Origin: Acanthaster planci
Taxonomy: Eukaryota
Length of the DNA: 64,000 nucleotides
Assembly (NCBI RefSeq): GCF_001949145.1
Contig: NW_019091358.1
Span: forward strand, 2,412,535 to 2,476,534
Direction: 5' to 3'
Below are positions 1-13,251 of the stretch, piece by piece. The position numbers and the translations under genes are program-made. Numbering within the stretch: the stretch's first letter is position 1; every line of letters begins with the position of its first letter. Under the pieces are notes generated by a model. That model searched no databases and was not told where the DNA came from. It saw only the letters and a list, made by a program, of their open reading frames with translations.

Positions 1-399
1 GTAAAGATCATCTTAAACAACGTGGTTCAGTGAGGTCGTACGTGACACCTCAATTTTCAAATCGACCAAATTATTTTTATGATGCAAAATTTGACTAATT
101 TTTTCGAGAAGGTTCCCAAAAGTACAGCTGTCTGTAGAGAGAGGCTTTATGACACAAAGGGTACCGCTTTAATAGCCCTGAGCTGGACCAAGAGAGGGCG
201 CAATTTTCCAGGCAACAGTGGTTCCATTCGTCTGAACTACACTTTCGTGGTTCACGAACCACTATTAAATACACGTGTAAGGGTCGCGTCGCTACCAACA
301 AAATGAACAATTCAGACCATAATGGCTCTTTTTAACCGGTGAGGGAGTGCTTCTGCTAAAACCGGAGTATCTGGCAGCACATGTAACCAACAAAACCTC

Positions 400-1790
400 A
401 CTCACACTAATTGATTGACTGATGCAAAAAACGATATTCAGTGGCATTTATGTGAAATCCCCGCCTTTGAATACTTGTCAATTCATTTGACTGCTCCAGG
501 AGATCGGATAATGCATTCATAATATGCACAACATGTATATTTGTCAAGGAGCAACATCGGTTTGTTGGTTTGTTTGTTTTCTTACTCGGAGGACAAACGA
601 TATTACAACAATCTACCCCTACAGATGGCCAAAAGGCAATGCTCAATGATTTGAAACACGAAAATGTGATGGGCTGTAAAATTTGATGGACAGCTCTTCT
701 AAAAGGCAGGGTGACAGTGCGCAACGCTGACCCTTTCCGAACATGCATGGTTTGATTTACAGGCACAAGCACGCACTTTGATGTTAGTTTTGCCCCATTT
801 TGCGAGCCACTGAAACAGTATCTGACACGAAAAAGTCCAGTTTCGTCAGAGCACAGCACTGTGTGAGCTTCTTTAAACCATGGGATTCGATACGAGACGC
901 TTCAAAAATTGATTAATCATCCATTTTTTTTACATTTAGGGGTGGATCTGGGAGACCCTTAAGGACTAAGGTTCACAAGAAATCAGTGTCCTATGATGCA
1001 TCTAAGCTTTGGATAATGTTTGTCGTGGGACTTTCTCAAATTTGTCAATGTCTCCAGAAAAACAGTCTAATTTTGCACTTTGCTTTCAGCCTATACGGAA
1101 CTTATAGTGTGACCCCCTTTCTGTGAAGGCGTCAATCACACATCAAGCGTGCTAGGGTAAACGTTGCAGCGAAGTTCAAATATCGTCACGGTTTTTGAAC
1201 CTCACTTCAAACAGAAATTCCAATGAAAACCAAACTTCCCCTGTTGATCAAAGCTGCCAGAATTGGGAGGAAGCCAATCAAAATCAATACCTGCGGTCTA
1301 TTAAATTGAAAAATCAGTACACGCGTTCGTGAAAGCTTGAGCAACAAAAAGCTCATCGATTGTGACTCATCCAACAAGGATTATCACAATGGTTTCATCA
1401 AAGCGTTTTGACTCAGACGTAACAAAAAAATCTTTATGTTATCCAAGAATCATAAAATTAATTTGGAAGTATAATCTCTACAAGTTTACGTACATTTTTC
1501 CAAGTTTTGAAACTGTTTTTCTCATTGTTGTGTATGTACCGTCTCATCTACGACACTTTTAAGCACGACAGGTTACCGAAATGGCAAGACCTCCTTTGCC
1601 GTTTTGTCACTGGTGTTCTGTAGGCAACCGACGTAAACAACATGTCGCAGCTCCTACTGAAATCAAAGTTACGGTTCACCTAGCCTCATCGCGCAACACA
1701 AAGGCCTTCGAGCCATAACCAACAGACGGACTGGGTGGCATTATTACAGCTTTCAGCGTGTTCACAAGACGTCAAGATCGAAACTTGTTT
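400..1790 (-). pseudogene. GAL3ST-like sulfotransferase fossil G1 (interrupted by a repeat at about 870-1200)
   Basis: Ordered remnants SCNNATQSVCWL, ETIVIILVG*VTIDELF, AKLTSKCVLVPV, FWPSVGVD. Confidence 0.45.
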
Positions 1791-2279
1791 GCGTCTTCTC
1801 GAAAAGGGCGGCCCGTAGGGCGGAGTGTGAAAAACATAAAGTCTTTGTATTCATAAGACATAAAACAAGGTAATTCAATCTTACTCATGTTATGATACTG
1901 CTCGAAACCGGAGAAGCGATCCGTGCCCCTTTGCCGCTTGCCATCAATTCTAAGCCCGTTTCTGGTTTCGCTTTCTAGTGCTATATAAAAAACAAGTTGA
2001 AAAAAACTTTAAGCAGCACATTGCCATAAAAACACGACTTCCAGAAAAAACTGGTTTAGACAGAAACAGTTACAATTGACAAGGAACTCTTGTACTGTAC
2101 CTCGTAACAAATGAATCTTGACTCCAATAAAGTAGCAATTTTAGGGTCTTTGTGCATGCAAGATAAATTCCGTACGAGAAAGTGAACACCCGATCAGCTA
2201 ACCACAGCCATTAGTAAATGAGGCTTATTCACGACAAAATGCTAAAATCAGAAACATGCAAGTAACATGTAGACCTCCT

Positions 2280-2660
2280 GCAACTTGGTAATAGTTCCTT
2301 CAACATGGCATGAAACCACTGAAAAATCGTGAAGTGCAATCCATCTTTTATAGTATTTTGTACTACAATTACCACACTAATAAGCTAGACTCGTCAGTAA
2401 CGCGTTTGTAAAAAAACAAAAGGGGGGAGAAAAGAGGTACAAAAAGGATTGGAACCATGGACGTTCCCCATGGTATCCCTTCACCTCACACAATATACTG
2501 CAAACTACGTAATCAATTTCGAACGACGTTCCATTGTTCCTTCTTTGTGCCCACGCATTATGTTATTCAGGTGCTTGTAATGTATTGCCAGCAGACTTTG
2601 TAGGATGACATTTTGCTGTAAAAGCCTCGTTTGTTTAGCGCGGTGGGTAATTGGATGGGG
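2280..2660 (+). pseudogene. GAL3ST-like fossil G2 (partial)
   Basis: VQSIFYS, LCAHA, ILL*KPRLFSA; weak. Confidence 0.3.
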
Positions 2661-2671
2661 GAAAATATTAA

Positions 2672-2733
2672 CCCTAAGAGTCCAAAATCCTCCGATTTCA
2701 ATTTGATTTTAGATACACCCTAGGGGGTTAGGG
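2672..2733. mobile_element. 62-bp TTAA-flanked piggyBac-like miniature element
   Basis: TTAA|CCCTAA...TTAGGG|TTAA. Confidence 0.5.
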
Positions 2734-2869
2734 TTAATGACCTATACAGTCAGACACACCCGAATAGGTGTCCACACAGCGGGAAGATCAGCCTCTGCTG
2801 AGGCTTCAGAAGGTAAGAAACTCCTATTCAAAGCGAGTATCCTGCAGGCTGAACACGAACCCTTCGCAG

Positions 2870-4400
2870 TTTATTTGTCATTGCAATCCCTTGGCCATGA
2901 AGCTGAATTATACAAATCAACATCATGCTCGAGCTGCAACTCATAAACTATATGGACTCAAATCCGGCAGCATAATAACATGGGTTGTCTGAAATGTCAG
3001 CCCAGTCGTATTCCAGGGTATATTTTAAAGCAAATTGCATCTTGGTGGATTAGAATTGAACCCAAATATATTGGAATCGATCATGTCTATGCACATAGAG
3101 CAATGTCAGATTTTTTTAAACGGACAAAATGTTCTGTATACATAATTTATGTTCCTAAAGGTTTATCTTCTATCCTACGTGGCAAAACAGGAGTACTATA
3201 CATAGACTAAATCCATGCAAAAATATCGACCTATGTTACCTGCACGGTATTTTGAGAAAGGCTTTTACCGGCTTCCGGAAAGAGTTTTGCTAAAAGCGCC
3301 GGCGGTTTTCATCGAAGTTGCACCAAAGGCTGAGCAAAAAAAAACATGAGGAATTTCCTTATGTAAAACATTTTATAGCCTTTCTGGGTGTGGTGGTAAA
3401 CCTAAAATTTTCAACACACTTTTGAAGGAAAGGAAATGAAACGGTCTAAAACGGTCCTAACGTTTCTACCCTAATTTAAAAAGAAACCGGAGCGTGGCCT
3501 CCGTTCCCCCCACCCCCTTGGCTCCCGTCGGTCATCAAGTCTGCCAGCCAATCGCGGAACAAGCCTGCCAGCAGATCAGCTAGACAACGAGCCAGCCAAC
3601 CAGTTAGCCGGTGGGTTGCTTGGTTAGTCAATCAGGAACCATCCTGCCAAAGCCAGCCAACCTTGCTAGTTATGTGAAAAGCCAGGCAGCCAGCAGACCA
3701 GCCAGCCCATGAGCCATCCATTCAGCTAATCTGTTAGCCTCTCATACCATCTAGTCAGGTGGACAACCGGACAGTCAGTTAGTTATACTAAGCTTTAGGG
3801 AAAGACCCTTATCCCAAATTTGTTAAAGTCTTGTTATTCTCTTGATTGGTTAGGCAGAAATTGTGCAGCCGCACATAGAAAAGAATATAGCCCAAAGATA
3901 TTACTTGAAGACATGTGACCTATCGTTGCATAGCCTGACTGCTAGACGATCATCTCAGTATATTTATACATAATTAACTATGCAAATTCCACAACCTCGT
4001 CTGCCCGTATGTACCTTTCCCCACATGAATCTTCTTAATTTGGGTCACTTTGAAGAATGAAAACTTAAAGTGGAGAAGAGAAATTGTAAAACATCAAAAT
4101 CTACTCCTTCAGAAATTTACACACTAATTTCTGGAAATTCAGTTACAGTTTAAACTCGCAAGTTTCAGAAAACCAAATTCAACAAGAGGACGGCTAAGAT
4201 TCCGTTAATTGGAGGAGCCAGTCTAATCCAAATTGATCCTATTCCTATCCCGGTATATGTAGGAAACTCCTAACTACCGGCTTTCACAATGCTTCGGCTG
4301 TGTCAAGCAATACATGGGTCTGCTTAATTAACAAGGTAAATACCTGGAAAATGTGCTAAATCAACTGAAGTAATTGCAGCAACTATTTTTGTGTAATCGA
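2870..4400 (+). pseudogene. GAL3ST-like fossil G3 (split by a GCCA-rich insert)
   Basis: ICHCNP, RQHNNMGCLKCQPSRIPGYIL, PKYIGIDHVY, CDLSLHSL, NFWKF, KCAKSTEV; peptide shared with G26. Confidence 0.55.
3530..3790. repeat. Degenerate (GCCA/CAGC)n tetranucleotide-rich tract
   Basis: Recurring gccagccaa/cagccagc/gtcagtcagtt units. Confidence 0.6.
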
Positions 4401-6260
4401 ATTTACTATTGCATTTGTTATAGTAGGATGAACCTAAAACAAGCCATTTTTCAATCGCACGCAAGTTCCCAGTAACAATATGAGAAATTATTTGCCTTTC
4501 AAATAAGCAATTTCTTTGCGTGAGCTGGTAACACTTCGGGCTTGTGGTTGGAGCATTTCTTAACGGTTTGAAATATCGTCTTGCCCATAAAATCTTAGCG
4601 TAGGCATAAAAGCTCGACAGCGTTCCAACCAATTCAGCTCACCCAAATCTGGTCATCCCTTGCTTATATGAAACTTAAGCATGTATGTAGTAGTAATAGT
4701 TACGGGGTGTAATGTTGTAGAAGTTGGTCCAATTCTACAAAAAGCCAACAGAATAGATCAAGGTTCATAGTGAATAGTGAAAGAGGCGTATAGAAAACCA
4801 CGAGCGAATAACAATTGTCATGCCCACCCCCCCTTCCTCAAGATTGTTCCTTGCTACACTAGTTGTACTTTTCACGACACGTGCATGAAACTTGTCAAGT
4901 ACCTCGCGATCACTCAAGACTGTATCATTATAATGTACTTCAGTGCGTGTGTGATGTCCTCCACTTTAATTAAAATCCGTTGTCTTACGTTTTCCTCACC
5001 GATCAAATTTTGGCACTTCACGCCTTCCAATGGAGATAAATTAACTGATTTCAAGTGCATAAACCCCGGTGTTTTTCTTTCAGTAAGTCGGGTTTTATGA
5101 AATGACAAACTGACAACACGTTTTCAAAATTATCTTTAATTTTTGATGACTTCAGCACTGTCCGTTTTCGAAACTTAGAATAGCACATTATTATTTGACA
5201 AAAGAGAAACGTCCTTTTTCAGGTGACTTTTAAACCCGTATATTAAAATTTCAGAACTCTTGATAGAAATATATATCAATAACAACCTTCCTTATACTAG
5301 GGCCAGACCAGAAAATAAGTTCACACCGTTTCAATCAGAGGAACCTATTTTGTCTTTGAATTAGGGGCCCGCAGTGGAACTGCAAAGTCTCTTGTACTTT
5401 CCCGGAGCAAACACATGAATTTGGTGTTCGTGTGCTTTTTGGTTTACTCCAGTGTGGATAATGTAATTCTGAATACACATTGCCTCCAGCTAGGCGTTTT
5501 ATGCTTTTAACATAGGTTTTAAATGAGGTATTCCGTTTTATGTTTTTATTCTTTTAAGTAAGATTTATTTTATTTTTCCCCTTTTTTCCCTGTTTTAATA
5601 GCTTTTGTCACTTTTATGGATCCCACCTCAGAATGCAATACTGTGGTATACGCCTAAGGCGAGAGTTAAGTTCGTGCTCGGCTTTCCGGATTCAGAACTG
5701 GAATTTTTTATTTGAGGAGTCTCGCATCGGCCGACCAACAACTTACCGACATAAGTGATTTTTTCTCTCTTTTTTTTTTCTCCGCTGTTTGACCGACAGC
5801 CACGTCCCTGGTCCTCGGCTGTTAGTGCTAATGGTAAGAGATACGGTATTTTCTTTTTATTCTAAAAAAATGTATTCTTCCCTCTGACTTGAAGACCCAT
5901 ATTTGTTTTCCACGAGACCATAAGGAAATACTTTTTTGTTGTTTTCAGTCCTCCCCTAAAATTTGTCTTAAAAAATCTGAGTAGCAACCTAAAAAAAATG
6001 CTCGCCTAAAGTAGCTAAAATACTGCACCTTTGAGTCTGTCTCTAGCAGAGACGTTACCTCAGCTTGCAAGGTTCATTCCACAATTATACTGCTTGATTA
6101 AACTTCCTGTGCATAGGAGAGTTAACTGCTTAGATGCTATTTCTAGGCCTGCATGCATCCACGGCTTAACACAGAAAATGGGCTCGATAAGCCCCGGACT
6201 AAAGGAAGCCATGCAGGTACAGAACATCAGAGGACTTGATTTGATTGAACATTTTCGCAA
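4400..6260 (-). pseudogene. GAL3ST-like fossil G4 (interrupted by inserts)
   Basis: KCSIKSSPLMF, YCILRWDP, YVKSIKRL, YAYAKILW in the expected order. Confidence 0.5.
5658..6006. mobile_element. PIF/Harbinger-type MITE
   Basis: TAA|GGCGAG...CTCGCC|TAA: short terminal inverted repeat (TIR) and TAA target-site duplication (TSD). Confidence 0.65.
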
Positions 6261-6999
6261 TTTCCATCGCAAGTTCTGAACTTACCGCGACGTAAAAGCG
6301 CAGGGGCTTTCCCGCCAATTAGCAGTCGAGATCGATCAGAGCCATACAGCTTGTGCTGCACCCCCCCATCGCTGATATCAGATTCACCTGCCAAGTACAC
6401 AGAACCGCCGACTCCATAACACGCCACGAATATATGTACATGTATATAAAAAAGAAGAAAAGCACACACCATTAACAGCCTCGTGACTTAGGGGCGGTTT
6501 TGCGTTGCGGAGTAAGCGGAATGACAAAACGCCATCAGATAAATCTCGGGAACCGCCAAACAAATGCAAACGAGCTCCGCTAAAAGGCTGATATGTTACG
6601 ATCCTGTCTTCAATGGTAAACAAAACCCACGCATCGGCGCTCCTGTCCTAAATTGACTGCTTTGACTTGTAACATTGGGGCCACAAAAGTAATTTATTTC
6701 ATAGCTGTAGCACCGGAGCCATCAGGAAATATTATTAAGCCAATCTGAGAAAACATTACGCCTTTTCCATATCAAAGATTGCTGCTAAAGTACACTTTTT
6801 AAAAATCATTTTTTTAATGGAAGGTTAAAGAGAATTGATAGCAGTGCACTAAATGCACTTAGAGCATCACAGTACAAGATTCATTCTCGAAATAGCACCA
6901 TTCCACTACCGTTAATTACCAAGACTTTTAAAGCATAATGTCTTGGTAATAAGTGTGTCAACCGTGTTTTATAGTATTATATAATATATGTGCCACTAC

Positions 7000-8180
7000 A
7001 AAAAGTGACGCCCACCAATGTCAGAAAAATCCAGTAGAAATTGCCATTTTTTCAGTTTGATAAAGCAAAGTTTCAAGCAACAAATTTGTGCAGAATATTG
7101 AATTGATAGACTGACATTTTTATTAAAATGGAACTTCAAAAGCAACTTAAAAGTTGAAAGAAATGACATTTCCAAAAGGAGAAAATCTGAACGACAATTG
7201 CAAATTAAACCAGCAACAAATGATTTGATCTACAAACTCTTCGATACAAATCCTTTTGTCTATAAAGAGGTATTAAAATAAACCTTGCTTTCTGAAAATA
7301 AACCTCATTACAACAAGGAACAAGGCCATCTTCTGAAATAAACATGAAAAATGGGACGGCTAGCTAACTTATGGTTGAAAACATGTCGAGAGCATGGACC
7401 GTGAAACCTTTTTTTACCGATCTCAGAATGTTTATTATGTCACCATGTATTAATGATAGGCCTATGCAAGTTACTATGAAGTGTCACTGTGAGATGAAGC
7501 AAAAAACACGGCATATATAGGGTGCTTGTTTATTTGCAAGTAGCGCGGTGAAAGCTTGCTCGAAATGCCATGTTCCTGTTCACTCCGTTGATTATTCCTT
7601 CACTCCGTTGATTGTTTCATCCTCAATCTTAACTGGGTTATTTGTTGCATTTTTATTATAAGATAATGCATGCCCACAAAAGCCAGACTTGATGTTCTCA
7701 AGGTTTCCATGCATTAACGGGTTGAATCGCGCCTGAGCAAAGTCTGTCAACACAGCAAGGGTATATTTCGAACCTTTCTGTGGTTGCTCAAATGAAAGTG
7801 ATTTGCCAAACGGAGTTTTGGGGGAATGCTGAGACAATGTGAATTTAGGGAAGCGATGGGGGCGAACCTCAACAGCAGGTCCCGTGCCGTTATCCTCAAC
7901 ATTGATGAATTAATTATCCTCGCTGTCATCGGGATCGTACCCATCATTTCCTTCACCAGAAGGACTTAATACATTTCGCACTATTTTGGCCACACAATGG
8001 GGATTTTTACGCGCAAGTAGGTACTTACACAAGGCCGATCCGATACAAAATAATGGTCTGGATACTATTATATTCCGCTGTGTGGAGTCTGTTGTCAGAC
8101 TTGTATTTCTTTCCATAGGAACAAATGTACTCAATATTATTCTGAAAAAAATGACAACATTCAGACGCCTACACAATTAA
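7000..8180 (-). pseudogene. GAL3ST-like fossil G5
   Basis: About 195-codon frame with one internal stop: hydrophobic N-terminus, TQRNII..IGSALCKYLL, PKFTLSQH, GSKYTLAVLTDFAQARF; then NRNMAF. Confidence 0.6.
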
Positions 8181-8199
8181 ATTCAAGAACACAATCCTG

Positions 8200-9050
8200 T
8201 ATAAACTGTAGAACAGCTAATTAAAACACTTTGTGTCACCAGTCAGTACTTCATGGACCGGACATAGTGCCTGCTTTGAATAAATATCAAGGTGACAATG
8301 TGCACCAGCCCGAAACAAAGATTTGACCTCACATATGTCAGATTTCTGCCCGCTTCACTTGGAATAAAATGCCTCTTATTTCTTCAGTCTTTTTGGCGAT
8401 AGATCCATTATACTGTGGTTTTCAACTAGCCATCTATTTGAAAACACTACATGTCAAAATATATAACCTTTTAATATCTCTTTTAACACTATCCCATGCC
8501 AGCAAGTTCGACTAAGCTACTTACCTCTCTTTTGTATGACCATAATATACTGGAATGGTACTCAAGTTATTACATAGTTCTATTGGACTATTGTGATATA
8601 TCATCGACGGGCTTATTAACGTCATTTTACTGTAGAGAGCCATACTTTCTAATTGCTGTGGATGGTCGAATCGGGCCAGGAGCTTTGCGTCAGCTGCTGG
8701 ACAAGACGACTGGCCCTTGTCGGTTTTGGGATTTATAAATAGAGTCTGTGATAGGTTATGCCTCAATATGCACATTTCACTTGGTATTTATGACAGACAT
8801 TTATAGTATCAACAACTATGTGAGACTTTTTAATATTTTTGTCAAGTATTCATTTGATTTGAACTGAATGTTACCCACAGTTTGCTACAAGCTAGCTGAC
8901 ATAAATTATTACTGTAACGATGAAAAAGGAGGTTCTACACGTACAGCTGATCCCACTCTCCGTGGAGGGCGAGTATAATTATGGTGCTGTTTTGCTCGGA
9001 GAAATTGATCTACATTCAAATCAAAGAAATTTCTAGTGACGGGTTTGACG
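8200..9050 (-). pseudogene. GAL3ST-like fossil G6
   Basis: KPVTRNFFDL, CILRHN, DAKLLARFDHPQQLESMALY (cf. ITxLRxP..FES.F.Y), LSTIPVYY. Confidence 0.6.
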
Positions 9051-9099
9051 AGTTTCAGTCATAACTAGTACAACACGAAGACGTAGGATATTCACTAGT

Positions 9100-10450
9100 T
9101 CTTTGTCTTGCAAAGAGTTCGCAAAGGCTGATAACTTTATACGCTGCAGCTTAATTTGGTGGTTATTGGGACTGACTCGTTACCACTGTATTTACATACA
9201 CCCCAACGGTCAAATTTTGTCCTATGTGTGCGTAGGAAAAAGTGTACTGATGTGTTTAAATAAGCCATATTGGCAAAACTGGCGGAAGATTACAGCGGAA
9301 GCGTAAGTGCTGTGCTTGCGTATATATGACGGTGGAGCGAAGGTCTTGCGCGCACTTCGCCGGTTCGACCACTTGGGCCTTTTGACAGGCCGCAAAACAC
9401 GCCAGCCTGAGGTTTAAGACTGTTTAAAAGTGTATTCTCATCTCATTGAATTAGTATGCTCCCTTTGGAGTCGACTGGATGGACGGCAGCCCAGTAAGCT
9501 ACTTAGATGAAAATATATTTCTGGTTTGAAACAAAAAAACACTTGTGGGGATAAAAAAAATATTCAAGACATTCTATTTTACAGCTGATTACGTTTCTCA
9601 GAACACTTAACCCATGATCAGTATATGAAATATGATACGAAATATGGGCCACTCTTTGGTTACGTGTTACCTTAGTAGCTTTGAGCCTCAATTTAAAGCC
9701 CCTCGTCAGAATTACGTGCAAAAAGTCACTTCCGTCAACCCGAATAATATGCACTGGTGCTTGGCCCCTATTTACAAACTAAATCAGATTTGTTTAGGGA
9801 TTTGACTGTGCTTTGCCTGGAAGACCCATACTGGGAAAACCTCGATCCGGGAAAAGATAACCATGTCCACATGAGACGTCTCGAGGAGGCAGATACCGCC
9901 CCAGACTCGATACTCTGTATCTTATTACTGGTGCGAATAGTACGGAGACAGAAGCGTAATACATATCGTTTGAACGTGAAGCGGCCTACTTCTACGGTCG
10001 CCATTAAGCTGGTAAATACAGAAATCTAACTCAGTGCAACATAAGGTTAAGGGTCCTAAGACAAAAAAATACAAACCACCTCAACCCCCAAAACACTAAA
10101 TACGTTTCTCAGGAGTCTTTTATACTAAAAGGGTAAAGAATGTTGACATTGTTCTACCACGTAACTGAGATGATACTGTCTCATTTGCTGAGTAATCTGG
10201 GAAACAGTTTGCAACCTCTTTAATATAATTGCCTTATATAAATGTAAGGCTGCAGTGTATTTGAAGAAGAAATTAGAAAAGCTTCTCAGAAATAATGCTC
10301 GAGCAGTTTGTCACAATTTTTTTCTGAACGTAAACGCTCAAAGACAGGCAAATTCTATCAACTCCTACTCACAGTATATCAATACAAATACCTGGGTTTA
10401 TCCAACTGAGGGGCACCAGATTCCAGGGAACCTTCCATACAGGTCCATGG
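9100..10450 (+). pseudogene. GAL3ST-like fossil G7 (insert at about 9500-9770)
   Basis: LTRYHCIYIHPNGQILSY, RQPE, HMRRLEE..ILLLVRIV..YRLNVKR (cf. HILEVERR..SLVLLK..YFKLNARR), LKKKLEKLLRNNARAVC. Confidence 0.75.
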
Positions 10451-11009
10451 AGTCCTTGCTTTCTTAACCCCATTACTGGTGGATTTCCTTAGGAGACACT
10501 GCCTTTGGCATACTCAGAGATGGGGTCAACCTTCAGCAGGCACGATTGCCTGGCTTTAATAATATATGGCAAACAACGGCTCAGAACGTAGAGTTTTCAA
10601 TCAAACAAAAGGCGCTGACTTTTGTGTGCGATTGCGACAGGGAGGTTTCTTTGATTGAGCGCCAGGCCCAGACCTAGCACTATAACGAATTGTTTTGCAA
10701 TGGTGTCAATCTGTGCCGATAACTTACTGGATGGAGGATGACTTAAATCGAATTGCCCGGCCATGGATATTCGGAAAGTGGGAAGGATGTGCTGGAAACC
10801 ACATGACAGTAGGGACGTTGTTCGTGATACTATTGTATATTTTATAAATACTTAGACCCTTTAACTTTAGATCGATTTTATTTTCACCACCAAAAGGCGT
10901 GGGTGATCAAGTAGCCCATGTCCCAGATCAAAAGGGGGCTGTATACCTCCCATCCCCCCAGGATTTACGCCCCTTGTGCTTTTTCTTCGGACAACAAGCT
11001 TGTACCCAC

Positions 11010-12150
11010 ATTATGATCGAGGTACGTGTGGCTGCAGCCCAAGGTGCTGAGAATTTGTCACGCCTGTTTAACGTGATCCAAATCGTCACTGAATGAGTCA
11101 CGACCGAGATTGCATAGGATATGCTTCATGCTCTGATGAAAGTCGTGCCACTAGGTGGTTGAGCCAAGAGCCAAATAACACACGTATAGCCCGGTTCAAA
11201 ATTTCAATTGTACCTCGTTGCATGCACTTTTCCCACACAAACTTTGCTCTTGTTTTCAACAAACGCCACATTTACTTCCATGATGAAAGCAACTATGTAA
11301 GGTGTAGCTTTTTTTGTTGTCAGAGTTAAAGGATGAGTTGGTGCCATGAGACACCTCTGAAAGACACATCAAATGGAGATCATAAATGCTGGAAATGTCG
11401 GTTATATGGCAAATTCTAGCGGTAAGCATTGAGTGCCCTGCCCTGGACCTGCTGCAAACCTCTTGGCGTGACTTTAGTTTACGGCGTGGTATACCAAGGG
11501 TACTCTTTAATAAAAGACTGGTTTGGAATTACTTATAAATTCAGAGACGCTTTGAAAACGGAAGATTTTAAGCTGCTCCCAGTTTTAAGTATAAAGCACA
11601 TGGGTCCGAATACAATAACAAGAAGTCCTATCAAACTAGACGCAGAGGTGGACGCTTATCTTGATCAGCGACGGGAATTTTTATGAAGCCTTGGATTTGT
11701 ATTCATTTTCAATTTTCATTATGTATAAGCATTATGATAAGACTTTGCTTTCAGAACGTTTACTGGTTGGTTACCAAACTGCGTCTCCCACAGATTGGAC
11801 AAAACTACTCCACAACGGTAGGCACGTTCCAAGAAAAAGGTGATACGTGCACGTATAATTGTCCTTAATGTTTGCTACGTGACACTGGATATTTTGGAAT
11901 ATCAGTGCAACGATGTGCAGTGAAGTAAATCCTCCACATGCCCGAGCCTGGCACGTACGCACTGCCGCCCGAAACTCCAATAAGGTCGTGGTTGGCACGT
12001 GATCAACACCTAGCGTTTGGATAAGCAGATACACCCACCAGTCGCTTCCCGCTTCAAGTGCAGACCTTGCTGATCGTATATCAAGACCAGTGCAACTTTC
12101 GTCTGATTAAAGAAATACCACTGCCAGGCCGCGAACAGTGCTGGAAGGTA
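11010..12150 (+). pseudogene. GAL3ST-like fossil G8
   Basis: TCGCSP, IKLDAEVDAY/LISDGNFYEALDL (cf. LDxEFDLVLIxEYFDESL), HWIFWNI. Confidence 0.55.
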
Positions 12151-13010
12151 AATAAATCAAAATGGTGGTTTGTTGAAGTTCTAATTTAATACCAGAGCCT
12201 GGTGTTCAGTGAAAGGAATGTTGCGTCCACGTGTGATTGTCAATCATTTTTTTGTTAATCAGCCGCGCAATAATTATGTCATAATGGTATGCCGTGCGGC
12301 TCTGGCACGTACTCCAGTTTTTAACTCGCAATTCGAGTGAAACTGCGGCGAATGCTTTCTCTGCGAAAAACGTTCACAGTGCATGCAGATTGAACGAAAG
12401 CGTAGTTTGTGCAGCATTATGCATATCAATATCTTGGAGTTAACAACTTCAATGTTGCTCAACCAGATGATTTTTTTGCACGATGTTGGTCAACACATCC
12501 CTTAATCACACTTTTCGAGAAAGCGCCCCCCCCGGACATTTCCTACCAACTGCATATCAAGATAAGATTGTGAAACAATTTTCAACTTTGTTCAGAGTTT
12601 AGGCCTAATACCCATTACTTCATATTAGACCTAAGTCAGATGTTCGCAATCGTTCCTGCATTCGATGCTTGTGCCGGCTGATTATTTTGTTCTTTATAGG
12701 GATTTTTTACACAACAGTAGATAAGATTTCCCCTCGCGAAGGAAAGAAACCACAGTCAAATGCGTTTCTGGGAGTATATCGCTCAGGCTTTTCCCGTCAA
12801 GAAAGGTGACGCACTGGTAAGTGCTTTTAACGCGTAAGGCCACGAAAAAAGTTTGAGAGAGCCTTACCGCGCTTTTGCTCCATATACATGTATATAGCAC
12901 GTACCATTAAGAAGACATGGGCGCATCAATTCACATTTAAGAATAAGGTCAGTATACATAGGCTATTATGATATTCCTTATGGAGGGTTTGCATATACAA
13001 GTGTAATTTT
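12100..13010 (-). pseudogene. GAL3ST-like fossil G9
   Basis: TCICKPSIRNIII, HRAKNHLV, IEVVNSKILICIM..FRSICM. Confidence 0.55.
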
Positions 13011-13251
13011 GACGTATGAGTATGTCATATTCACGGTAGGCAGATCTTCCCCTAATTGCAATGATGCCTGACTTAAAATGAAAAATTAAAATAACATCAC
13101 TCTGGTACTGAGACCTCCAATGGGTGTAAAATAACATGCATTGTGCTGCTAATTTATGAATCCTGTAACCAGTATGATATAATATAATACGACGGTTTGC
13201 CTAAAATCTTAATTTTTCTGTCAGATCGGAGTTTAGGAGATAACAGCAGCC

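Noticed and set aside
5799..5832. Small plus-strand exon candidate (cag|...atg|gtaag)
   Set aside because: Falls inside a TAA-flanked MITE; no partner exons or recognisable peptide.
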